A program made the position numbers and the translations under genes. Below are positions 7,179-13,466 of a stretch of DNA of 13,466 bases, piece by piece. The number at the start of each line of letters is the position of its first letter. The first letter of the stretch is position 1. The notes under the pieces are model-generated. The model worked only from the letters and a program-made list of their open reading frames with translations. It made no database searches and had not been told where the DNA came from. The stretch is from a virus, in the UHGV virus genome UHGV-0850785; one strand, given 5' to 3'.

Positions 7179-9649
7179 CAGAATCCCCCAACAGTAAGGC
7201 GAGGAATAACGGCAAGAACAGACAGCGGCAACGGGTCAAGCTGACGGATTTTTACACGTCCGTTTTTGCCCCAGTTACTGTCCAGCTTCACTTCTACTTT
7301 TCCGGTAGCATCATCAACAGGATCATCGTAGAACTCGAATTCACGCTGTGGATATTCGTACCATTTACCGCCGGGCGTAGTCGCCCAGATGCCGCGACTG
7401 GCATTCACAACCAGAGTAACGGACGGGATCACCTGTTTTTTGTCCAGCAGCGTTTCCTGTCCGTTAATGTTGATATCCAACGTTTCGAATTCAGCAGTTA
7501 TTGGCAGGCCGATGTGCACAACAGCCCCCGGTGATTCCAGCGTGACGGCACCTCCGGAAACTACTTTCTGTGGTTCCACGTTCGCATCAGAGAGGATGTT
7601 TACGGTCTGACCTTCAAGATGAGACAAGCCTCCAAATGTCCGGAGCGCCATCTGCCAGTTCGTGGTGGCCACATTCCTGAGGGATGGCGGGACGTTCCTG
7701 TTAGCACGAACCACTACAGCGGTATTGCTGGTTACAGAAATAATGTCGCAACGTAATTCTTTTGACACTTCATCGCCAGTATCAGGATCAGTTCCGGTAT
7801 AAGGGAACTGTAGTTGCGCACCGACATCACTACTGGTGAAGTACGCACCACCAGAAACACTGATTGTATATTCCGCACGGTAATCCCATTCACCAGAACC
7901 ACCAGTGATGGTCATCGTTCTGTCAGACGTATTTCTTCCATCATAGCTAAGGCCAGAATCAACAAAGAAAGCATCTTCATCGCTGGTAAATAAACGGCTG
8001 GACAGTCTCTCGATGTATCTCACTGTTTGCCCGTTAACGGTTCGGTTAACGACGAAATACACCGCATCTTCATTGCCTTCGCTGATACTGCATGTGCTTT
8101 CATATTTTCCGGTACTGGATTGTGGTGCCCATGCAAAAACCTGCTGATCACGCAAATAGGTCATCACCAGTAATTTACCGTCATCACGAATGCAGAAGGC
8201 GCTGGAGTAAGGGACAATAGAGAAGCACCAGTCAACAATGCTGTGCTTCTGAAAAAGATGATTGGCAAGGATGGTCAGGTCGTTCCCCTGATAGCCGTCA
8301 ACATCGAATGAATAGGCCAGATCACGGACAACACTGCCTTTCTCCTGGACGAACAGAGCAATATTCGCCACGGCAATTGGTGGGACGTTGCTTGAGCCAT
8401 TTGATCCCTGAGAGCTGAATGCAAATGATGATGGGGTTAACACTTTGTTCTGGTCGCCGGTGATGACGTACTCACCTCCGGAAGTCAGCGCCACCAGCGA
8501 ACCAACATCAATCAGGTGGCGGATCTCATTAACCTGACGCCCGGCATAGGTGTAGATAATTCTGTCGTCATCCTGCGTAGGATTGCTTTTGCCAAAATCC
8601 TTATAATCCCCAGTACGGCTGGCCCAGATAGTCTGAGGGAACGCTGTCGATGCGGCGAAGTAAAGACGTTGTTGATAATAAACAACAGTGCCAGGATAAC
8701 CGTTAACACTATTCCAGGCATATTTAGCCCATTTATAGCTGGCATTATCCTCGCCAACTACCTGCGAAGGGATATAGGAAATCACCTCAGCAGTTGCAGT
8801 AGTTCCATTTGCAGCAGAGATACGGGCAATGCCAAAACCACTGTGCAGATACTCCCACTCAATGCCAGTATCATCATCACCGGATCCGCCCCAGCCATCC
8901 CATGATGTTCCTTCTGTATGCGAAGGGCGCAAAGTGCCTGTTTTGCCTGCTGTAACGGCGCGATAGTAGTTACTGTCTGCACGGCGAATATCGCCAATCG
9001 ATGTACTCTTACTTGTTTCCCATACCGGCACTGAATCCACTGCAGGCTGTTCCAGATAGAACAATTTGCCTACCTGCTCCGCGCCAAAAATAGAGGCGCT
9101 TGCCGTTAACGTAATTGTCCCGGTGCTGGCGCTGGCATAAACCGTCACTGACTCGTCAATATTGATATCTTCAAATGGACCGTTCTTCGTTACCACATCA
9201 ACCAGTTGCCAGTTGTCATGAGCATATCGGCGCAACTCTTTCGGCGGGTATGCAGGGTGAACCAGCGTAAGCACGTCGGCGCTTTGCGTGAATTTAATTC
9301 GGAACAGATCGGCTTCAGTATATGGCGTGGCAATTTCATAAATAACATTGCTGCTGTTCAGCACCAACGCACCATCTTTGATAACGCGCATGTACTGGTG
9401 TCCGAACTCCAGAGCATAAGTCTGAACCGTCGAGAACTGGAACGGGATCAGGCGGCATTTCCGATTTGGGTATTTGGCGGCACCGACAAAACGCGTACCA
9501 GGTCGATTCTCAACTCCGCCATACTGCCGCACGATAAAGTTATCGCACTTGCGCAATGCCACCTGGTACTTCGCCATGTCGATACGACCGTACAACGACG
9601 GTCCAATTTCACCACCGGCAAAGCTGGGCTGGATCCAACTGATAGCCAT
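7178..9649 (-). CDS. tail tubular protein B / nozzle (T7 gp12 family)
   Basis: 823 aa. N-terminus MAISWIQPSFAGGEIGPSLYGRIDMAKYQ ... ENRPGTRF matches the pattern I associate with gp12-like nozzle proteins. Size and position directly after a gp11-like gene fit; ATGA overlap at 9647-9651. Confidence 0.75.
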   Translation of the reverse strand: MAISWIQPSFAGGEIGPSLYGRIDMAKYQVALRKCDNFIVRQYGGVENRPGTRFVGAAKYPNRKCRLIPFQFSTVQTYALEFGHQYMRVIKDGALVLNSSNVIYEIATPYTEADLFRIKFTQSADVLTLVHPAYPPKELRRYAHDNWQLVDVVTKNGPFEDINIDESVTVYASASTGTITLTASASIFGAEQVGKLFYLEQPAVDSVPVWETSKSTSIGDIRRADSNYYRAVTAGKTGTLRPSHTEGTSWDGWGGSGDDDTGIEWEYLHSGFGIARISAANGTTATAEVISYIPSQVVGEDNASYKWAKYAWNSVNGYPGTVVYYQQRLYFAASTAFPQTIWASRTGDYKDFGKSNPTQDDDRIIYTYAGRQVNEIRHLIDVGSLVALTSGGEYVITGDQNKVLTPSSFAFSSQGSNGSSNVPPIAVANIALFVQEKGSVVRDLAYSFDVDGYQGNDLTILANHLFQKHSIVDWCFSIVPYSSAFCIRDDGKLLVMTYLRDQQVFAWAPQSSTGKYESTCSISEGNEDAVYFVVNRTVNGQTVRYIERLSSRLFTSDEDAFFVDSGLSYDGRNTSDRTMTITGGSGEWDYRAEYTISVSGGAYFTSSDVGAQLQFPYTGTDPDTGDEVSKELRCDIISVTSNTAVVVRANRNVPPSLRNVATTNWQMALRTFGGLSHLEGQTVNILSDANVEPQKVVSGGAVTLESPGAVVHIGLPITAEFETLDININGQETLLDKKQVIPSVTLVVNASRGIWATTPGGKWYEYPQREFEFYDDPVDDATGKVEVKLDSNWGKNGRVKIRQLDPLPLSVLAVIPRLTVGGF

Positions 9650-10254
9650 CAGGACAACCTCGCAATGGTAAACTCGTCAACCGGTGGCAGTGGTTCCTGT
9701 GATTCATTCTGGCTATGCGAGCCAGCACTAAGAATCACGCGATTGTACATATTGAGGGCAAACGTACCGAGGTCTGCATTCCCAGTCAGCGCCATGTTAA
9801 TAGCTGCCGCAAGACGCCAGGCCAACGCCTCCATAAAAATGGCATCAAACATGTTCACATCTGAAACGCGAGAGACATACTTGAGCCATGCCTGCGGCTG
9901 GTCTGTGTAGATCAACTTTCCTGTTCCGTTGGTGTCTGCACCAACTTCGTACTGAACGCGCATTGCTGCTGTTGGATTGCGTACACCAGGAAGCATAATT
10001 TCAGTAATGCGCAGACAATCTGACGGGTACTGATACGCATATTCCCAGTCAGGCGGTGGATTGCTCGTATCTGCAAGCGCCACGCGTTTGGTAGCAAAGT
10101 TCCAGTCAAAATCAGAAAGCACAGCATCACGGCAGGCCTCAAAGTGCAGCGAACATTCCCCCGCTTCCTTGCTGGCTTCCGTCAGGCTGTTAATGCTGCG
10201 GCTATTGCCAATATTGGACAGCGCACGATTGCAGATCTCTACTACAGAGGCCAT
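9649..10254 (-). CDS. tail tubular protein A / adaptor (T7 gp11 family)
   Basis: 201 aa, similar in size to T7 gp11 (~196 aa), immediately upstream of the gp12-like gene. TAATG overlap with the upstream gene at 10252-10256. Confidence 0.7.
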   Translation of the reverse strand: MASVVEICNRALSNIGNSRSINSLTEASKEAGECSLHFEACRDAVLSDFDWNFATKRVALADTSNPPPDWEYAYQYPSDCLRITEIMLPGVRNPTAAMRVQYEVGADTNGTGKLIYTDQPQAWLKYVSRVSDVNMFDAIFMEALAWRLAAAINMALTGNADLGTFALNMYNRVILSAGSHSQNESQEPLPPVDEFTIARLS

Positions 10255-10577
10255 TACTCACCCCCATTGCCGTACAGGGTTTCAGCCGCTGATTTTTCTA
10301 CATCCCCGGAAACAGGAGCGATCGCCATATCAGTGATCTGCAGATCGGCGCTGCGATTAACCCCATCGTCAGTTTCTCTGGCAGACAGGCCTCGAATAAC
10401 AGCCTTTGCAGTTATCATCACTTCTGTTCCGACGCCCTGAGGTTGCGCCTTCAGCTTATTCAATGTGTCGTTATTAAGAGTGATGCACAGCCCCCACGGG
10501 TATTCATCGCGAGTTCTGGTTTCTCCGCTCTCATCCTGGTAGCTGTCAGTGCCGGTTTTGAGGTTTACGAGTTCCAT
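10254..10577 (-). CDS. hypothetical small structural protein (~107 aa)
   Basis: ORF directly upstream of and overlapping the gp11-like gene. The track start GTG 10583 lies inside the AGGAG RBS (10583-10587); ATG at 10575-10577 has 5-nt spacing, so I prefer it. Confidence 0.5.
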   Translation of the reverse strand: MELVNLKTGTDSYQDESGETRTRDEYPWGLCITLNNDTLNKLKAQPQGVGTEVMITAKAVIRGLSARETDDGVNRSADLQITDMAIAPVSGDVEKSAAETLYGNGGE

Positions 10578-10594
10578 ATACACTCCTGCAATAA

Positions 10595-10610
10595 AGGGGC
10601 CGAAGCCCCT
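10595..10610 (-). terminator. intrinsic-terminator-like hairpin (6-bp G/C-rich stem, UUCG tetraloop) followed by UUUAUU
   Basis: Minus-strand sequence AGGGGC-TTCG-GCCCCT then TTATTG, in the 44-nt gap between the 111-aa and 107-aa genes. The downstream RBS follows immediately, suggesting an attenuator rather than a full stop. Confidence 0.5.
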
Positions 10611-10627
10611 TGTCTGATCCGCGAGGC

Positions 10628-10963
10628 TTACACGCCCAGTTCTTTACGCTTATCTGCGATCTTCTCGCGGAGCGTTTCGGCTTTGGCGTTATGGTGTGGC
10701 TTCTCGTTAAAGAGCAATTCGTACTCTTCACGGAGCTTATCCAGTTCACCATCATCTGACACATCGTTGATGATTTTGGTGCTGGTTGCTGCCATTGACA
10801 CCTTTCCTGCAATTTTTGCTTTTGCCTGTCTGGCTGCATCGTTAACAGGTTCCAGTGCGCTACCAGGCTCACCTTCGTATTCGATTTCTGCCCCCTCCGG
10901 CCACAGAGTGTTATGGATATGAGAGAGGCGCAGAACGCGGTATCTTGGTTTCTCACCTGACAT
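10628..10963 (-). CDS. hypothetical small head-associated protein (~111 aa), highly charged C-terminal helix
   Basis: ORF between the 145-aa gene and the hairpin. The track start GTG 10972 lies within the RBS AAGGTGA; ATG 10961-10963 has 5-nt spacing. C-terminus is Lys/Glu-rich (DKLREEYELLFNEK ... REKIADKRKELGV). Confidence 0.5.
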   Translation of the reverse strand: MSGEKPRYRVLRLSHIHNTLWPEGAEIEYEGEPGSALEPVNDAARQAKAKIAGKVSMAATSTKIINDVSDDGELDKLREEYELLFNEKPHHNAKAETLREKIADKRKELGV

Positions 10964-10973
10964 CGATATCACC

Positions 10974-11411
10974 TTAACCAGTTACTTTTGAGCGGATCGG
11001 ATACGGCGTATTGGCATCAACATCAAGACTGATACCAGCAGTGAATTCGCCAGCCGTTAGTGGGCCAGTTGCGACGGAGTAGTTAACACGCAGATATCGC
11101 TGAACACCGGCAGGCACCTTTGCAGAAACAACTCGTTTACCTGCTGTCAGGGCGGTCTTTGCCAGTGCGCCACTATCATAAATAGTGGTCCATGAGCTGT
11201 TATTCTCACTCGTCTGCAACTGGATGTTTACAGTTGCATCACCGCTTGCCGCGGCGGCTGTGTTAACCAGCGCCCAAAACTCAAGCGGGTAACCCACGCC
11301 GATATCACGACGTTTTCCGTCAATTGGACCGAGATCGATTACGTCAGTAGAAGCCGCGGTATTCGTAACCGCCTGAGCTTCGGAGAACATCAACAGTTTG
11401 TCGGTGATCAT
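10974..11411 (-). CDS. hypothetical protein, possible capsid decoration/accessory protein (145 aa)
   Basis: First gene after the major capsid gene, with a GGAG RBS 7 nt upstream. Thr/Ala/Ser/Val-rich composition suggests a beta-rich fold. Function is from position only. Confidence 0.5.
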   Translation of the reverse strand: MITDKLLMFSEAQAVTNTAASTDVIDLGPIDGKRRDIGVGYPLEFWALVNTAAAASGDATVNIQLQTSENNSSWTTIYDSGALAKTALTAGKRVVSAKVPAGVQRYLRVNYSVATGPLTAGEFTAGISLDVDANTPYPIRSKVTG

Positions 11412-11462
11412 CTTCTTTCTCCATTAGTGGGTCTGTTACGACCAACAGGTTAATAACAGGCG

Positions 11463-12455
11463 TTACACCACGCGGGCTTCTGTTTCCAGAAGCGCATCAG
11501 TTTCACGGATTGGTACACCACGGAATGAAGTCCACCACTCGCCTTCAGTCTCTTTTACGCTGATAGCCAGAGATGTTTTCTCCAGAGATTGCAGATCAAG
11601 AGCCTGGCCTACAGTGCGGTTCATGTAGAACACCGGGCGACCCATGCCACGGTTTGGAATGCGATGCAGTGCTTTAACCATCAACTTCGCAATATTTGCG
11701 GCAGAGGAAGGTTCTGAAAGATTGCTGACATCGATGTTTGCAATGCGAACAACATAACGCCAGTCACGCAGAGCAAGTCCGTTGTCCCATTTGTAATGGG
11801 TACGGTAGCCTTCGTACTTGCCGCCATTAACATCTTCCAGTGTCACCTGGCCTTTATCTTCCATCTGGATTCCAGCCTTCTGCCCTTTCGGGAAGATGCC
11901 ATGCACGGTGTTTTCGCCCCACACCACTAACCAGATTGAGGTGTTATCTGTACCCGTGCCACCAGCATCAATGATGTTCTGAGCATTACCCGCAGACAGG
12001 CTGGAATAGCGGGAGGACAGTCCCATAAACTGCTGAGGGTTAACGCTGGAATCACCATAAAACAACGTCTGCGCCATCTGCTGATTCATCGCTTCAATAA
12101 ATGCGCGGTCTTCAGACAGGCGGAATTCGGCGGTATTACCGTTCAGATCAGCCAGTGACTTATCGACTTCAGCATAGGTTTCCAGCATTCCAACGGAATC
12201 GGTGACCTGCACTGTGGTTGATTTGCTTGGCTGTACGCCATAGTTCAGCAAACGCCAGGTGGCTGAAGGTAAACCAGAACGAATGGTGGTTCGGTGTCCG
12301 GTAGGAAGGTTCCCTTCGACAAAAGGCATATCCTGAAGGATCGGGTTAGTTTGACCGAGAAGCTCGATAATCTTATCGACTTTCCCGTTTGGATCGACGC
12401 GCTTACCCCAGTCAGCCAGCGTTAGCGCAGTTAAGCCTTTAACAGCCATTGTCAT
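11463..12455 (-). CDS. major capsid protein
   Basis: 330 aa, directly downstream of the scaffold gene. The N-terminal region (LADWGKRVDPNG ... ILQDMPFVEGNLPTGH ... AFIEAMNQQMAQTLFYG) resembles podovirus major capsid proteins I recall. The second ATG (12447-12449) has better RBS spacing (GAGAGGA 8 nt upstream), so the true start may be 12449. Confidence 0.8.
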   Translation of the reverse strand: MTMAVKGLTALTLADWGKRVDPNGKVDKIIELLGQTNPILQDMPFVEGNLPTGHRTTIRSGLPSATWRLLNYGVQPSKSTTVQVTDSVGMLETYAEVDKSLADLNGNTAEFRLSEDRAFIEAMNQQMAQTLFYGDSSVNPQQFMGLSSRYSSLSAGNAQNIIDAGGTGTDNTSIWLVVWGENTVHGIFPKGQKAGIQMEDKGQVTLEDVNGGKYEGYRTHYKWDNGLALRDWRYVVRIANIDVSNLSEPSSAANIAKLMVKALHRIPNRGMGRPVFYMNRTVGQALDLQSLEKTSLAISVKETEGEWWTSFRGVPIRETDALLETEARVV

Positions 12456-12463
12456 TTCCTCTC

Positions 12464-13159
12464 TTATTTGCCATAGAGCACTTCGGCCGCACTACGCTGG
12501 CCTTCATTACCACCGGTGACCATGCCATCTTCAGACATCGCCTTTCCGATTTTCACGAACGTTTTGACCAGATCAGGGTGATTACCCAGCCCGGTGGTGT
12601 TCAGATATTCTTTGAGCTCAGGTGTCCCGAACTGGTCAAGCGCACGCTGTGCGGCGCTAAGGTTAGAAATCAACTTGTCGCCACCGATTTCTTTGTCAGC
12701 TTTTACATCCGCAGCCCACTGCTCGGTTGTTTTCTGCCAGGCTTCTGCCTGGCGCTGCTGAACACCTGCCAGAATCTTCGGATAAGCATCAACCAGCTTT
12801 TGCGCTTGCTCGTTGGTCAGGTTTAGTTCTCGAGCCACCGGCTCGAACTCCTTCAACGCTTCTGTATCCAGCTCTACGCCTTCGGCAGCCTGAAACTCGT
12901 ACTTCTCAGGCGCACCCTCTGGTTTATCGCCGTCCTTTTTTTCATCCTGCTTATCGTTTTCAGACTTTTTGTCATCAGCAGGTTTATCGCCATCAGCAAC
13001 AGGTTGTGGCTTATCACCTTCCTGTTGTGATGGATCACCAACTGGAGCAGGGTTATCACCTGCAGGCGCTGACGGTTCTGACGCAGCCGGAGCTGCTCCA
13101 CCATCGACTGGTTGCTCATTGCAAAGACGGCGATACAGCAAACGCTCAAATAAATTCAT
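12464..13159 (-). CDS. scaffolding protein
   Basis: ~231 aa immediately upstream of the capsid gene. Acidic Pro/Asp/Lys-rich low-complexity N-terminal half with GDKP repeats, then a helical region. The track start GTG 13165 sits in the AGGAG RBS; ATG 13157-13159 has 5-nt spacing. Confidence 0.7.
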   Translation of the reverse strand: MNLFERLLYRRLCNEQPVDGGAAPAASEPSAPAGDNPAPVGDPSQQEGDKPQPVADGDKPADDKKSENDKQDEKKDGDKPEGAPEKYEFQAAEGVELDTEALKEFEPVARELNLTNEQAQKLVDAYPKILAGVQQRQAEAWQKTTEQWAADVKADKEIGGDKLISNLSAAQRALDQFGTPELKEYLNTTGLGNHPDLVKTFVKIGKAMSEDGMVTGGNEGQRSAAEVLYGK

Positions 13160-13161
13160 GA

Positions 13162-13458
13162 TCACTCCTGTTCACTGGCCTCTTTGGCCATCTTCAAATA
13201 CTGTTCAGGGCAATGCGCCATAACGCGCTGAAACAGTTCCAGCGCCAGATTGCGTTGCCCCTCATTAAATGCCATTGCCATAGCGTCCATCGGTGAGATA
13301 GCGGAAAACACACGGCCTTTCTCCAGCACCGACCAGACAACGCGACGCCCCTGTTCACTGCTCATGACAAAGCGAATGTCATCAATTTCACGCTGCGCCA
13401 TGTCACGTTGCTTACGGGCGTTTTCTTCTTTCAGTTGATCGTCTTCGTAATCTGTCAT
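13162..13458 (-). CDS. hypothetical small acidic protein (98 aa) between the presumed portal gene and the scaffold gene
   Basis: ORF whose stop (TGA 13162-13164) lies in the scaffold RBS/spacer. Its ATG (13456-13458) overlaps a TGA (13455-13457) that would end a minus-strand gene entering from the right edge (ATGA). No recognisable motif. Confidence 0.5.
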   Translation of the reverse strand: MTDYEDDQLKEENARKQRDMAQREIDDIRFVMSSEQGRRVVWSVLEKGRVFSAISPMDAMAMAFNEGQRNLALELFQRVMAHCPEQYLKMAKEASEQE

Positions 13459-13466
13459 TGTGATTG

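Noticed and set aside
9206-9910. 234-aa + strand ORF spanning the tail tubular A/B boundary
   Set aside because: Entirely antisense to two well-supported, translationally coupled minus-strand genes; no RBS and no recognisable motif. Treated as a shadow ORF.
10443-10922. 159-aa Ser-rich + strand ORF
   Set aside because: Antisense to the charged ~111-aa and ~107-aa genes; its Ser richness mirrors their Glu/Asp codons. No independent support.
11412-11462. Possible terminator or T7-style capsid 10A/10B frameshift extension downstream of the capsid gene
   Set aside because: The only hairpin (CTGTT-GGTCGT-AACAG) has a 5-bp stem and no U-tract. The in-frame extension past the capsid stop hits TAA after 8 codons, and I see no slippery heptamer I could defend without computation.
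12449-13223. Several + strand ORFs (125, 144 and 84 aa), one Gly/Ser/Pro/Cys-rich
   Set aside because: All antisense to the scaffold and capsid genes; their odd composition mirrors the scaffold's acidic repeats.
1-13466. Search for tRNA/rRNA genes, CRISPR repeats, integrase/transposase genes, att-like direct repeats or cloning-site scars at the junction
   Set aside because: None found by eye. The window is almost entirely occupied by structural genes. An EagI-like CGGCCG near 12484 is inside the scaffold gene and is not evidence of engineering.

Overview
The window holds two unrelated phage structural-gene modules that meet tail-to-tail at about position 4380. Left (1 to ~4380, + strand, AT-rich, roughly 35-43% GC in the 60-nt lines I counted) is a Mu/P2-type myovirus baseplate operon: hub-like protein, gpV spike, small gpW/gp46-like protein, baseplate J, gpI-like protein, and the N-terminal part of a tail fiber. 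Right (~4380 to 13466, - strand, roughly 50% GC) is a T7-architecture podovirus morphogenesis operon: small acidic protein, scaffold, major capsid, three small unknown proteins, tail tubular A and B (gp11/gp12-like), two small virion proteins, and a 606-aa internal virion protein with a lytic transglycosylase domain. The last gene of each module runs about 60 nt into the antisense strand of the other, with no intergenic spacer and no terminator, so both look truncated at a breakpoint. I see no tRNA, rRNA, CRISPR array, integrase or transposase. I do not find a new defence or effector system; the most unusual thing is the chimeric junction itself, which may be a natural deletion between adjacent prophages, an assembly chimera or an engineered join. 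All functional calls rest on motif recognition and gene order by eye; no database search was run.
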